This document shows, piece by piece, positions 38,870-54,344 of a stretch of DNA of 64,000 nucleotides (positions are counted from its first letter, which is position 1; each line of letters starts with the position of its first letter). The DNA comes from Eledone cirrhosa. Taxonomy: Eukaryota. The stretch is taken from NCBI GenBank assembly GCA_964016885.1, contig OZ024742.1:324322001-324386000 (forward strand), given 5' to 3'. Under the pieces are notes generated by a model. It was not told the origin of the DNA, ran no database searches, and was given only the letters and a program-made list of their open reading frames with translations. The position numbers and the translations under genes were made by a program.

Positions 38870-40098
38870 AATAATTACATTCTGTAAGTATAGCTGTTAT
38901 GTTTCAGTGTAGGGAGTCCTAGGAATGAATCTGTTGATAGATCTGTTGATAGATCGTGTATTGAGTCCTAATTTGAAAATCATGGGTTCGATTACAAATT
39001 CTTATTTTTAACCACTTTCTCCTGCCATTAATCAACATAAACTATAGGATTTCTCTTATGCAAACCATTAATTTATAAAGAAAAATGTAAATTTCCCAGT
39101 CTGTATGATTGTTCATATATTCAGTAATCTTGTTATAAAAAAAGATCCCATAACTCCATGTGGAGTCGTAGAGGCACCGTTATAAGGCGTGTCTTGGGCA
39201 CATTTAAAATCGGCGGAGCCCAATCCTCTCCAGGTCTGAACACCTCCGATTTTTCTATAGAGGAAGAATCGACCTCAATACTGAACTGGTACGTTTATAT
39301 CGACCTCAAAAGGATGAAAGGCGAAATTGACAACGGCGGGATTTGAACTGAGAGCGTGCAAAGAGGTGGGGTGAATACCGTAAAGCCAATTCGCCGCCTA
39401 ATCTTGTTATAATTTTGGGATTCCAAAAATGAAGTATGTTCAATGTTATTGCCGCCATTATTGTCGAAATGGACAAGAGGTCGCATATTCAAATTCGAAC
39501 CATTTGGCAAGAAGTATGAAGTAATCATCAGTGAGATGACTGAATGATAAACCTTAATTAGAATGTAATCCTCTAAAATTCCTCATATCCTCTCAATTTT
39601 TATCTCTTCTGTTATATTATTTGTATAACTCAGAAATTATTAAATAATGAAATTATCATGTTCTTTACTTCTCTTTCGTCATCACTTTCATCCTTCCATT
39701 ATCTCCCTTTCTTTCTCTTTTTTCCCTATTTTCTCTCATTTTTTTCTCTCATTTTCTCCCTCTGTCTAACATCCCCATCTTTCTCTATATCATTTATCTG
39801 TTTATCATTTGCTTTCTCTATCCCCCTTCTCTTCATATATTTCCCCCTATCTCTCTTTCTCTCATTCCCGCTCTTTCTGCATCCTATTCCATCTTCATTT
39901 ATCTTTCGCGTTTTCTCTCCCTTCATCTCTATTACATATTCCCTCTCTCTATCTCTATTTTTGGTCTATCTCCATCTCTTTTTCCATGGTGTCCCTAATT
40001 TATCTCTCATTTTCTCTCTCCTCTTTGGTCCATATCTCTTATTCTTTCTCATTTTCTCTCTCCTCTTTGGTCCATATCTATTATTCTCTCTCTATTAC

Positions 40099-40194
<96 letters not shown>

Positions 40195-42082
40195 CATCTA
40201 TTTATCTATCTGGCCAATCTCCAGCATTATTCTCAGATGTCTCTATTTTCTGAAGTTAATTTTAGATTATCGATACATTCGTTCAAAATAAAACAAACTA
40301 AAAAAACAACAACGGCAACAGCAACAAAAACAACATCGGCAACAGCAACAAAAACAACATCGGCAACAGCAACAAAACAAAAAAATAAAAAAACAACAAC
40401 AGCAGGAAAACAATAAATATAAAAACAAACAAAATCCACTCATTTACAGAAAAACTGGAAATTTGTTGCAGAGTTTAATAAAATTCGACTAAAGAAGAAT
40501 GGTAATCAAGAATTTGCATATTATTTTATCATTTTATTCTTGTTTTGAATTTGAATTCATGTTTAGAATGGTGGTTAATGGATTTACTAAATTCTTTATA
40601 GCAGATGAATTTTAATAACAGTTTCAAAAGAAAAAAAAATCTACTTGTTAACACGTACAGATGTACACATAAATACACCCATGTCCATATCCACACAGAT
40701 GTATATATATAAACATATATACCTCTATTAAGTGAGTCAGTGAGCTGTTATTCAGGAACTTCTGTATATTTACTGTGTTATCAGACAGATTTTTAATGAC
40801 CTAAGGTCACTAACTCACTAAGTAAAGAGAGATTTGTTCATTAAGTAGTTCAACAAAGCAACGTATTGGACAACACACGATTTCGACAACGAAATGGTAT
40901 ACTCTTTTACTCTTTTACCTGTTCCAGCCATCCGGCTGAGGCCATGCTGGGGCGTACACTTTATGATCAATACTCCTCTTTTTCCAAAGAATACTCCCTT
41001 AACGAAAAACGAATTCATACAGCATTGGTTATTCCAATTATTTGAAATACCTGCTACTGCATCTTCTGTTTTTGAAACCATGGTAGGGAGACAGACTTAT
41101 ACTCCCCTGAATAGAATTTTGTTTTCGGCGTGGTACCTTATTTGTATATTTTATCCATTCATTGAGATGTCTAAGTACACACATATTTGTATAGTCGTGT
41201 TGGTTAATTGATTGTGCTGTAGTGTTGATTCGTTTGTTGCGTGCGTGCTCACTTGTAGCTTTCTGTGTCGTGTGGACACTGTTGTGTGATACAGTGTGAC
41301 CAGAGGTTGCATGTGTGCAAGTGAGTAAGTATTCAATAAAATGATGATGATATGATAGTTCCTTGAACAAACCGAAAATGAATATATATAAATGAACCAC
41401 GATGACATCAAACCTCTATATTATTAATTTATTGAAAATAGCCCACGTCGGAGCTATACGAAAAATACACAGGAATTATGTACGTTATTTGTTTGTTTGT
41501 AAAAGTAGAATTAAATTGTATTTACCAAGAAAACTTCATGAACTTAAGAGAGAGACCAAGAGAAAAAAAACAACAACTAGGATTAACTCAATCCCATTAC
41601 TGCACTAGGGCTTGATGAGCATAATCACAAGGATATGGTCCGAACGTGGAAGAGCCGAGCTTCAACTGTCATCGCCTCCATCTATCTCGCCCTCCCCATC
41701 TCTCCGTATGGTGAGCAAATGGGGTCCCACGTGCTAGCCTTCCCACAGCCCGGGCGGGCAGAATGGAGAAAGCGTTTCCCCGGAGGATGGCAAGGGAGGA
41801 AAGAGAGAGAGAGAGAAAGAGAGTAAGAGAAAGTAAGAGTCTGTAAATATTTTACATGTTTACTCTATCAAGAATTGCTTCGAACTGCTCTCGTCTGGCC
41901 CAAGACAGGGTATTTATCTATGTCGCTTCCTCTGTCCCCAAGCATTGAGAACAAAAGGGTGACTTTTAGAGGTCGTCCACTCTCAGACTTGTTTAAGCCC
42001 GAAAGGATATAACCCAGAAAATGACCGTTAAATATCACCCAGGGGTCAAGGTGTGGACATATTTCGCCACACACACACACAC

Positions 42083-42126
<44 letters not shown>

Positions 42127-42530
42127 AAATGGGGAGAAGAATACTGTAGGTTGCACATGGATAACATGTATTAAAATGAGTCCCTCATCAGTGATTTGCC
42201 GACGATCATAGATATTTCATTGCATTAAAAATCATATATCTCACGTCGGTGCAATAATAACTAAATTAAGTTATTAGGACAATTAAAACGCGTAAAGCGA
42301 GTGAGACAAGATAACAACAAAGAGGAGAGCTAACCGTAGAGAGGAAGGGAACAAGCTACATAGTTATTCGGTTAGCATAAGCTAGGTGAATATATGAGCG
42401 CTTAGAAAAAAGACCTTTCGAGTTGAATCCAAATGTGAGAAAGAGAGAAAATGTTTTCGTCGCGAACGGGGTGAAGTGAGAAGGGGAGAAACAGTGAGTG
42501 AGTGAGTGGAAGTGTGAGGAAGAGTTAACT

Positions 42531-42669
<139 letters not shown>

Positions 42670-42927
42670 CTCTCTAGGATGGACACATGTAAAGTAATAA
42701 AGAAATATATCGCTGGGATGGACACGTGTTAAACTTGCTCGGTAAGTTTTGTTTAAATTTCTTTAGAAATTTGTCATTGAGATCTTTTATTTTTATACCA
42801 ATTTGTAGAGGGACTGACAGGTCAAATTTTGATCTGGTCAGTCTCCCAAAATATCGTGCTCCTCAGGGCAAAAACATCCAAAATATTTTCGAAAAAAGTT
42901 TTTGCAAAACACTTCAAATTTTAAAAA

Positions 42928-44808
42928 ATGGCTGAAGCAAAGGCACCTACTTTTTTGTCAAAACAAGAAAATGGGAAGGGAAAGCCATGCCTACTTGACC
43001 AGCAGGTAGCAGCAGACATGGAAAAAGGAATGCCAACATTATCGCCTCAACATTTAGAAGAGGAACAAGCTTCAGCTGCTTGTAAGCAACTGAACACGCC
43101 TGACGTCACAAACGTCACATATATCCACACACAGAAGGAAATATGTGTAGCAAACAGTAATACCACCTCAAGCAACAACAACAACACAATAAATGAGAAC
43201 AACAACACAACAAAAGGAATCAGTGGCAACACAACGAATGAGACCATCATCACCACCAACAACAACAATAACAAAATTTCATTTGCACCAACAGTTGCTA
43301 AGCAACAGGATTTTAAATACTACTCAATGGACATTTCCCAAAAGTCCCAATATTTGGAAGAAGCTTCCAACTATGTGACGTTTGAGGGAGACACCCCACA
43401 CATACACATACCCCCACAAATAAGAGAAATGACACAGAAAAAGAAGCTAATTTATAGAACAGTTGACATCACTACCAAAAAACCCATAACGCTCCCAACA
43501 AGCACTATTGAAGCTGCACTAAAAGACATCAAGCCAGACGTGACATACCTCCAAAGAGGTAAACAGAATGGAAGTGTGTCAGTGCTCTTTAAGAGCGAAA
43601 CTCTGGCACAAAAACACTCGGTTCACCCAATAAAAACGGATCAACACATCTTCTTCCCCACATACATGGGAAGAAGATCCTACAAAATAAAAATAACCAG
43701 GATCCCAGCAGAGGTCAACATATGGTGGATTCTACGCTGCATCCTGAAGAAGGATGAGGACACCCTCCTATCTGTAGACAGGACAGACCGGCATAACTGG
43801 TTTGGAACCTGCATCGAGGTTCTGGTACAAATGAGGCCAGAGAGAGTTGAAAAAATACCGGACATGATCGTCCTTGAGGAAGAATCTCATCTCCATTTTA
43901 GTGGAGGGGAAAAGACCTCAGTGCCATAAGTGTGGGAAAACCACACACTTAAAGGCCTTTTGCCCTCTCTTAAACAAACTGAGGACAAACAAGGTGTTAT
44001 TACCAACACCAAAACCTCAACATCAACACTCCAAACCAAACACAACACAAACACCTGCAACATCCACTCCCGCACCACCTCAGACCAGAGACAACCACAC
44101 ACAAAAAATCCCACTGAAAAACCCTCCATTGCCTCTTACCCCCTGTCAAATACTTCCACAAACACCTGCACAAACACTCCACCACACAACATACCCCTCC
44201 CATCTACCCATGATTCAGAAGTCTCAGATACGGGAACCTCTACATCTCCAAGTGAGAATGAAGAGGAACCCCAAAAATCCCCCAAACAAAAAAGACACAA
44301 AAAAGACACAAAAACATCTACAGAAAACACGCACACACCCAACCCCACCATAAACACACCGCCACAAACGACAAACACACCAACAACACAATTACCACCA
44401 ACACAACCAAACACTTTACCAACAAAACAAACACCCACACCACCACAATCACAAACCCCAACCACAAAAAGAAAACTACAAACAGAAACAGTACACATAA
44501 AAAACAAAACACACTACACATACATAAAAACAAGAAACAAAGAACTGGTGGAAACTGTCCGAAAGGACCCCACAATACAAACGGAAGGGAAAACTTTCCC
44601 CACCAACGATCCACCCCCAAACCTCAAACTTATCAGGGTAACAACCCTACAGTATGAAACTTTAAAAGAGAACTTCCAACATGATGTGGGCCCCCCTTGC
44701 CAAAATCCCCTTAACCGTGTCCTGCTAAAAGGATTCCCTCCCTCCTCAAACACCACCAATATGGACATGGAGATCGAACAACCCGACCTCCAGGAAACGA
44801 AAAGGTAA
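42928..44808 (+). pseudogene. LINE ORF1, frameshifted
   Basis: ORFs 42928-43929, 43874-44353 and 43930-44808 together rebuild ORF1 with a CCHC knuckle and a Thr/Pro-rich tail. Confidence 0.8.
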
Positions 44809-44848
44809 GTGTTCCTGCCTTTTCTCTCCTTAACTCTTCTTCACCAAC

Positions 44849-47697
44849 ATGGCGACTATACAAGCTGGATGTTTGAATGTACGTGGCCTGGGCATGTCCT
44901 GGAAAGAGGACCAGCTTTTAAATGATCTCAGGTCACATTGTATAGATGTGATAGCCATCACCGAGTCCAGAATTCACGACAAGCAGCAGCTAACCCCCAA
45001 GTTCGATGATTTTGAGATCTACACATCTCTCTGTCAGCCAGGAGGTGGAGGGGGAGTTGCTGTTCTGTTTCGAAAAAACCTGGATCTCAAAATACAGACG
45101 ATTCACTTGGACCCGGAGGGAAGCCTGGTGGTTCTGGACGTGAATGGTAGTGAAGGTGGAGCTTTCAGACTGGTGGCCGTATATGCCCCGACTGGGACAT
45201 CGCGACCAGAGTTCTTCAAGCGTCTGGAGCCATTCCTGGGAACGTCTCGCTCCTTAGTGTTAGCGGGGGACTGGAATGGCATCTTAGACGCACGTTGGGA
45301 CTATGTAGGAGCTTGTGATAATAGAGGGGTGTGTAATAGCCTAAAAAATCTCACCAGCCAATTCCAACTGGCTGATAGAAATCGACTAGACTTCCCAAGT
45401 GCACCACTGTGGACGTGGAGCAACCGCACTGGGTCTTCTAGATTGTATTTAAATAGATTTTTAATTAGACAGAATGATAAGGAAACATTAAGCTGTCCAC
45501 AAATGCACATGGTTGCCTAAACAGACCACAAATTAGTCACCTGCGTAGTCAACCTTGATAGAACACATAGACAGGGACCCGGATACTGGAAGCTAAACAT
45601 GTAGCTCCCGGCGCGTAAGGCATACAGTAAACGGATTAGCACCTTAGTTAAGTGCCAGTTGACGGGGGCGATCGTCAACAACAGGTGGTGGAGCTCTCCC
45701 AAGAGAACAATTTGAATAGAATCAATAGCATTTAGCAAGGAAGTAGCTTTAGAAAAAAACAAAACTGAAAAGGAACTGGTAGCTAAAGTAGAAGAGGCAC
45801 TTAGGAATGGCAGTACAGCTGACGTGCTAGCGACGAGAACGGCAATAGACCAGTTCTTCAACGTGAAATACGAAGGTTGTATTGTCAGAAGTAGAACACG
45901 TGCTCTAAGAAACGAGGGAGCCAAAGCTGTTAGCTGGGCCCGAGTGGCAGATGCAAAAAGTGGCAACAAATCCACAATTCGGTCTTTGCAAGACAAAGAT
46001 GTACGCATTATACTTGAATCCAAGCAGATGTGCACGACCTTCCAGCAGCATTTTGCACAACTGTTCGGGCAAAGGGGTACATCGAGCGAGGTGATGGACT
46101 TTAGCTCCTACCTCGACGGCGTACCGCTACTCTCGAGCACGGATGCGGAGAGTTGCGAAAGGCCGATCACAGCGGGAGAAATAGAAGATGCCCTAGGCCG
46201 CTGCGGGAAACGCAAATCACCCGGTTTAGATGATCTACCCTATGAGTTTTACATAGGCATGCCAGACTTGTTCGAAGCGGTCTACTGCAACTGGCAGCAG
46301 AATGGGAGGATTCCCAGTTCTGTAGGCAGAGGAGTAGTAACGCTGATCAGGAAAGATGAGAACAAGGGGGGTGAGATAAGCAATTTCAGGCTCATAATTC
46401 TGCTCAACACAGAGTTAAAGATTTTGGCCGAGGTGTTAGTAGCAAGGCTGGCGCTTGTCGTCGAGAACCTGGTAGGGGAAGCCCAAACGTGTGCATTCCC
46501 GACCAGGTCCATACACAACAACCTCCACCTCATGCGATACATCATAAAGAGGGTAGGGTGTAAACCTGGCTTTGGTGGGGCTCTGATCAATTTAGATCAA
46601 TCTAAGGCATTTGATAGGGTCAACCATCAATACTTGGAAGCAGTTCTCAAGGCGGGCGGCTTCGGTCCCGTCTTCAGAGGCTGGATCGCTGCCATGCACA
46701 CCAGCATCTGCTCGGCAGTCAAGGTGAATGGCTACCTATAAGAGCCATTCCAAATCATGCGTTCCATCCGTCAGGGATGCCCTCTCCCCTCCATTCGGTA
46801 TGTACTGACTCTCGAGTCGTTACTGCGGAAATTGGAGCTGTTGCAGGGCATCCCGATCGAACCAGAACTGCGGAAAGCAGCGTCAACCTATGCTGACGAC
46901 ATAACCGTAATGGTGTCGAAAACCTCGGAAATCAGGGTAATCGGCAACCTTTTACAGGAATACGAAACGTTGACAGGAACAAGACTAAACCCAAACAAGT
47001 CTGTCGGTTTGCAACTCGGCGCATGGAGAGGCAAACCCATGCCTTCCGACAGTGTCGTTGGACGCTGGACGAAAGGACCGGTGAAATTGCTCGGAGTCTT
47101 GTTTGGTCCAGACCTCCAGGTGGACAAGAACTGGAACGAGGTCACGGCGAAGGTGTTTGCACTCACCCAGAAGTGGGCTGAGTGCAAACTCTCCTTGAAA
47201 GGTCGAGCGGAGGTGGCGAACACTTACATAGCGTCCGTCATCTACTACCGCTTGACAGTCGTGCCTTGCCCCCGCGAATACCTTACCAAAATGGAACGCC
47301 TATTCTTCAAGTTCCTCTGGAAGAAACAGGCTCCATTGGCGAGGAGATCCATCTGCTGTCAACACCCTTCTAACGGAGGGCTGGGCATGCCGTGGCTGAT
47401 GATGCGCAAACATGCGCTGAGGCTACGCCATCTCCAGGTATTCCTGACCGGTGAACCGGTGTGGCTGTCGTTTGTGAGACAAGCTCTTCCACAACTCGTC
47501 TCACTAACAGAGCTGCAGTCCTGGGTCAAGCGAAACCAAAAATGGGTGCCTAGCACCTCGAGTGCCTACAGGTGCTTACAGCCCTCTACCAAGCGGAAAC
47601 GGCAATCAGCGGAGACTCTACTTCGACATTCTATAGGGGATTAGTGGAGGATAAGTGCGATGACGTTCTCGGGGAAACTCTAGGCATCGAGGAGGTC
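44849..47697 (+). pseudogene. LINE ORF2 (APE plus RT), disrupted
   Basis: Motifs CLNVRGL, AITES, VYAP, LAGDWN, KSPGLDDLPYEFY, LDQSKAFDRVNH, IRQGCPL, YADD, KLLGV, GGLGMP. Confidence 0.92.
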
Positions 47698-47730
47698 TAT
47701 GATCGATTGTAAATATAATTTGAACGCACA

Positions 47731-47818
<88 letters not shown>

Positions 47819-47868
47819 AAATAAAGTTAAATAAAAAGTCAAATGTTTATAATTTAGCTTCGTTTATT

Positions 47869-47923
47869 ACTGCTATATATATTTCAGTGACAGCCATCTT
47901 TGGCTGTGACCTCTTCAGGCAGT
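47869..47923 (-). ncRNA. Canonical type I hammerhead ribozyme in a PLE 3' UTR remnant (about 47820-48830)
   Basis: ACTGC-CTGAAGA-GGTCACAGCC-aaagat-GGCTGTCACT-GAAA-TATATA-TA-GCAGT, followed by AATAAA. Confidence 0.85.
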
Positions 47924-49728
47924 CCGAATTAGTGTGGTATAGACAAGTACATATGTTGTTGAGGTGTATAATTTTGTCAATACTCTGATATGTCCAGTTC
48001 CTGGTTAGGTTGTTATTTCTCTGAAGAACTGGAATCATATGAATTCAAACAAACGAATTTCAGTGTCAAAGGGCCTCTTCTCCTCTCATTCGTCAGTTGT
48101 TAGAACATTCATCATTCTAAGTGTTGTTATTGTTGGAATTAGCTTAAAAAATTGATAAAGTGGTAGAAGGAACAAGGTGGTAAAGGAACAAAATAGCAAA
48201 AAAAGTGTCAAACTTCCCATTGGTCAGTTTTGAGAGCATTCCTCAGTCAGAAGTCTATAGAATTCTTTCTGGGGTGAGGCTCCCTGTAGTGTTTGTGTTT
48301 GCTATTGTTAAGTACATTTAACCTCTACCATTATTTCGGTAGTGTTGTTGGTGTTGTGGTCAGCTTATGTCTTGCTGCTGCTGATAATTTAGAAGTATCT
48401 GTGTGTGTTTTTTCTTCATCCCTCCTGCCACCATCTCTCATAGTGGTGGTGGAGGGGGGGGGGGGCTTCTTCCATGTATATGAAGAAATATAAGGCAATA
48501 AATGAAGAAAACAGAAAATAAATAATAAATAGAGAATAAAGAATAAAGAATATATGAAAAATTGGTGAAAAAGTAATGAAAATGAATATGGAGAAGTGAA
48601 AAATAAAATGAAGATTCAAATAAAGTAGGGTAAAGTGTGTGTGTGCTATAACCAATCTCAAGGTCAGAAATATGTTGGATAGATTGGTATGAGGTACAAG
48701 ATGTTAAAATAAGATAATCAAACAAAATGTGCTTGTGTTATAATCAATCTCAACTTAAAAATAAATATAAGGTGATACAGTGAAGAGGGCAGAAAACAAA
48801 TAACAAATGTAACAGTACTTAAGTAAGAGACATACGTGAGGTATATGATTTTTAATGCAATGAAATACCTATGACCGTTGGTAAATCACTGATGAGGGAC
48901 TCATTTTATAACATGTTATCCACGTGCAACCATGCAGTATTCTTCTCTCCATTTTTTCATATATATATATATATATTTGTGTGTGTGTGTGTGTGTAGGA
49001 TACCTTCGTAAATAGCCAAAACAAAACGGTGCATAATGGAAAAATAAGTGATATAACCCTGAAATGGGCTAAAACAGGTTTGACGTAAATCGACATAAAC
49101 ATATTTCTCGAATGATGAAAATAGTTGAATAATTATAAAGAAAAAATTTTTCAGTGATTTCTCAGTGAATATGATTTCAAAACTACAAGTTGTTTGTACT
49201 TCAAGTATATATATTCAAGCTTTCTTTAAACAGACGATATTTTAATTATCAGAAAAGCATTAAGTGAATATCACTGAAAAATACCAGTTGGTGTTAAACA
49301 GTAGGTGTTTCTATTTTTGCTTTTGTTAAAAAGAATATTTCAATTATTTAGAAATATTTTAAAGTGAATTTGATTTCACAAATAGCTTTATTTACATAGA
49401 CAATATCTTCATTTTTAAAAAATTATTTTCAAGTGAATACGATGGAAAAAATATTTCTTGGCATATTTAAAAAATATTCTTAAATGAAAATGACTTAAAA
49501 AATGCAAATTATTTGTACACTGAGTATATATATTTCAGCTTTCTTTAAACAGAATATTTTAATTATTAATAAGTATTTTTTAAGTGAATATGATTTGAAA
49601 AATACGAGTTGTTTAAATAGACAATATTTTCATTATTTAGAAATATTTCTAAATGATGATTTAAAAAATATATTTGTTGGGTAATAGGAATTTTTTCTAA
49701 GGTGAATACGATTTTCTATTCTTAAATA

Positions 49729-52700
49729 ATGCCTCGACGAGTAAGAAAGGAAACATCTTGTTGGTCTATCGATAGTGGAAAGAAAGCACGGCTAAGGAGA
49801 GCCGAAGAAGGTGAGTAAGATAATGGTCAACGCCAACAAGATCGGGACAGGCATGCGAATAGAAGGATCGATGAGACTGATAAAGCAAGGGCTGCGCGTC
49901 TGGCGGAACAGAGGGAAAGAGACAGAAGCAGGAGAGATCATGAATCGGATGGTCGGAGAGCTGAGCGTCTGGCGGAACAGAGGGAAAGAGACAGAAGAAG
50001 GAGAGATCATGAATCGGACGCTCGGAGAACTGAACGTCTTTGCCAACAAACCATTAGGGATAGAGCAAGGACAGTTCAACCTCTCTGCTGATGTTGGACA
50101 GATGAATAAAATCTGTGTCTGTTGTCATGCAATGCTTTTTCATGGTGAAACTGCTAACTTTTGCTGTATGAATGGAAAAGTCAGGTTGGGGAATCTGCAG
50201 CCTTTACCCCAGGAACTTCACAGTTTATTTAGTACTGATCAACCTAGGGTAAACGAGTTCAGGAAGAACCTCAGACAATACAACTGCCTGTTCCAAATGA
50301 CATCTTTTGGGGCCGAAGAAGTTCTTCCTCAAGGAGTGGATGGAATCCTTCTATCGTTATTCATGGTCAAATTCACCATTACATCGGTTCCTTAACCCCT
50401 AATCCCAACGAACAACCCCAATCTCTTCAAATTTACTTCTTGGATCCTCAGGATAGTGTTGATTTGAGGATCAGGATACACCATAACGATGGCATTCAGC
50501 GCGACATAGTTGAATTATTGGAAATAATTGTTTCTACCTTTGGCACAAGGCCAGCAATTACCCAGTACATTACTGGTACTTTATTTTATCGACCCCGCAA
50601 GGATGAAAGGCAAAGTCAACCTCAGCGGGATTTGAACTCAGATCGAAAAGGGACGTAACTATGCTGGAAAGCATGGCGTCCGAGCCTCTACCGATACTGC
50701 CAATCCACCGCCTGAATTATTGGAAATAATACTCAGACAATATAACCCTTACGTTGCTTCATTTCGAATGGCAAAAGAACAAATTAAAAATATTCTCGAA
50801 GCTTCGATATTTATTGATCCTGATAGGAGACCAGCAATGGAACATGAGAGAAGATTCAATGCACAAACTGCAAACGAAGTTGCCGTTATTATACAAAACA
50901 GCACCGAACTTCAAGCAAAAGCACGGCACATTGTGTTGAAATAAAAAAGGCGGATAATTGCAAATAATCTCAGAGTCCCATCGGTCCTATGACAGTTTGC
51001 AGTATGTTCTATTTTTTCCTTTTGGCGATGACAGATGGCATCATGAGCTGTTAATGAGCAACAACAAGAAGTTGACGCCAATGCGCTACTATGCCTATCG
51101 AATAATGAACCATGAGAATGAATTCAGCCAACTTCTCAGAGGCGGTCGTATATTTCAGCAATATTTGGTTGACATGGCTGCGAAGATTGAAGGAGATAGA
51201 CTGCAATACATCCGAATGAATCAAACATCATTGCGATCTACAACATACAAGGGCCTTCCTGACGCATTGAATGATGATGACGATTTTCGCAATATTGGTA
51301 GGCGAATCATACTCTCTTCCACATTTATCAGTGGACCGAGATATATGAAGGAGCGATGCCAGGATGCCATGATGTACAAACGGAAGTACGGCAATCCTTC
51401 GTTCTTCATCACAATGACATGCAATCCAAACTGGCCTGAAATCTGGCAAAACCTATTCCTGAATCAGAAGCCACATGACAGGCCAGATTTAATTGCCAGA
51501 GTATTTGACCTGAAGCGGAAACCGTTAAGAAAGTATCTTACTGGAGTAGATGGCCTATTTGGCAAGTGCATTGCTTACGTGCTCACAGTCGAATATCAAA
51601 AGCAAGGTCTTCCTCATGTGCACTGTTTGCTATGGCTCAATGAAGCCTCCAAGCCCAGACCGCAGGAATATGATAAATTTGTTCAAACCGAAATACCAGA
51701 TCCAAACAAAGGTCCAGAGGGTCATGAATTGGTGCTGAAGCACATGATCCACGGTCCGAATTGCTCTAACAATTCGCCGTGTTGGAAAGATGGAACGTGC
51801 AGTAAGTGGTACCCTAAGCCTTTCAATGAATATACATTGTGTGGAGAGGACTCTTATCCTGTGTACAGAAGACGGTCTCCAGGAATGGGAGGATTTGAGG
51901 GGCACCAAGAAGGAAGGGGAAGCCGAAATATAACTTCGGAATGGGTGGTTCCCTACAATATGAAACTATTAAAACTGTTCAACTGCCACCTAAACGTAGA
52001 GATGTGATCTTCCGTGAAATCGATGAAATACGTTATCAAATATACCATGACGGGCAGTGATTAGGCAATGTTTGGAGTGAACAGAGAAGATGAGATAATA
52101 CAGTATTTAACAGGAAGATATATCGGTCCTTCAGAAGCCGTTGCCTTGGTACTTGGATTTCCAATTCATGAGAGAGAACCAGCCGTAGTTCGCCTTCAAG
52201 TTCATCTACCTGAGGGAAATCAAATCTTCTTTCGGGTCAATGCTGCTGTTAAAGTAAACAATAACATGGCTAAGACGACTCTGACTGAGTTCATGGATCT
52301 TTGCGATCGCGATCCGTTTGCAAAAACATTGTATTATGGCGATGTGCCAAAGTTTTACACTTGGAGTAATAAGAGATGGGAAAGGAGAAAGGTGGGGAAA
52401 ACAGTTGAGCAGTATCCAGGGATTTTTGAGGCGAACGTTTTGGGACGAGTATACACTGTTTCTCCACGAAGTGGTGACCTGTATTATTTAAGACTCCTTC
52501 TGCATCACGTCAAAGGGCTAGTATCCTTCAACTCTTTGACAATGTGTGATGGAGAACTCCTGCCATTATTCAAAGACGTCTGCAGAGAGAAAGGTTTGCT
52601 TCAATCGGATGATCATTGGCAGCAGACTCTGGGAAATGCTGAGCGAACAAGACTTCCCAAAGCCATGAGAGATCTATTCATCATGCTCCTCACAAATACG

Positions 52701-54344
52701 GAAATTGACAATTCCAGTGCTTTATGGGTTCGATTTAAGCATTCGCTGTCTGAGGATTACCTTCAAATAGAAAAAAAGGGCTTCCAGAAACTCTAACCTC
52801 TTGATTAGCGAGAGACAATATGATCAATGTCTTCTGTATTTTGAAGACAAACCTAACGACCTGGGCAAAAGTGTTAGTGACTTTAACTTGCCAAGGCCAA
52901 ATAATATTGTTGCTAATCAGGATATTGGCAATTTGAAGTTATTGCATGAATTGCAATGAATTGCAGAGAAGAGCAGCGACGATTTGTAGAAGAGAGGGAG
53001 CTTCTATTGAATAGTGAACAAAAACACGTGTACGACTTCGTTTGTAACAGTTTAGAGATGAACACATTTGCATTGATTTTCATTGACGCTCCAGGTGGAA
53101 CAGGAAAGACATTCCTGATTAACTTAATTCTTTCAAAAGTCAGGGGAAACGGTGACGTGGCTATTACTGCTGCGTCATATGGCATTGCCTGGTGGAAGAA
53201 CAGCGCATTCTAGGTTCAAAATACCGATAGTAGTGAAAGAAAATGGTCTGTGCAACATTGATAAAAACTCAAAGACGGCAAACCTCTTCCAGCATACAAG
53301 GCTCATTGTTTGGGATGAGTGACCTATGATTCGGAGGGAAAGCTTCGAAGCTGTTGACCTCACTCTGCGTGACATATGCGACAACAATGAGGCATTCGGT
53401 GGAATTTTGACAATTTGCTGTGACGATTTCCGTCAGCTTCTTCCGGTAGTAAAAAGGGGAAATGAAGCGGACGTGGATAACGTCTGCATTAAAAAATCCT
53501 ACTTATGGCGAAGCTTCAAAAGATTTCAGTTGAAGACAAACATGCGATTGGGTGGGGGAGCAGGAGACTATTCCCAGTTCCTATTGGATATTGGAGAAGA
53601 TAAGATAAAAAAAACTGAAAATGAGGAATTATTTTGCCAAAAGAAATTGTTCTCCAAGCAACAACTATGGAAGAATGTATTGATTTCATCTACTCCTCAT
53701 TCGACAATCCAGCTGAAGTGTTTTCGAACAATTGCATCTTAGTACCTCTCAATGAAATGATGAGAAGCATCAATTCCACCTGTATCAGACGCTTCCCTGG
53801 AACCATAAAAGAGTACCGATCCTATAATTCTGTGAGTGATGGTGTCAATGCCACTCGTTTCCCGACTGAATTCCTTGATTCGGTTGAACTATCAGGACTG
53901 CTACCACATAACCTGGAATTGAAAAAAGGATCGCCAATAATTCTTATGAGAAACTTGAATCCTCCAAGGCTTTGTAATGGAACGTGCATGATTGTGGAAG
54001 AACTGCACAACAATCTCATAGTAGCAAGAATCAACACTGCTGCTTTCAGAAATGAGATCGTTATGATACCTAGCATAAGAATTAATCTATCCGAAGGTGA
54101 GGATATCCCTTTGCAGTGAAGCCAATTCCTAGTTCAATCGTGCTTCGCTATGACTATTCATAAAGCACAAGGACAAACTATGGAAAACGTCTTGGTTTAT
54201 CTGGAACGACCTGTATTCTAACACGGTCAACTGTATGTAGCCCTTAGCCGCGGAAAACGAAAAGAAAATGTCAGAGTGTTTCTGAAGGATGCCCAGTCAA
54301 CTAAGAATGTTGTCATCAAAAGCATTCTTTTTAACAAACTGTAA
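49729..54344 (+). pseudogene. Helitron Rep/PIF1-like helicase, multiple stops and frameshifts
   Basis: HUH Rep motifs FITMTCNPNWPEI, DRPDLIARVF, VEYQKQGLPHVH, HMIHGP. Helicase motifs APGGTGKTF, VWDE, DFRQLLPV, FPTEFL, RLCNGT, FAMTIHKAQGQT, HGQLYVALSR. Confidence 0.93.
50529..50712 (-). mobile_element. Full-length tRNA-derived SINE inserted in the Helitron ORF
   Basis: 18-bp target-site duplication TGAATTATTGGAAATAAT at 50511-50528 and 50713-50730. A and B boxes on the minus strand. Confidence 0.92.

Larger units (their letters stand above)
42676..47697 (+). mobile_element. Tx1/L1-clade LINE, copy 2 (ORF1 plus ORF2, several stops/frameshifts, 3' end missing)
   Basis: ORF1 with CHKCGKTTHLKAFC. 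ORF2 with APE and RT. Starts immediately after (TATC)n(TC)n. Confidence 0.92.

Noticed and set aside
48836-48960. Repeat shared with 42121-42247 containing GAAA...TA...CTGATGA (permuted hammerhead?)
   Set aside because: It is a real dispersed repeat next to (TA)n, but the stems needed for a type II/III fold are absent.
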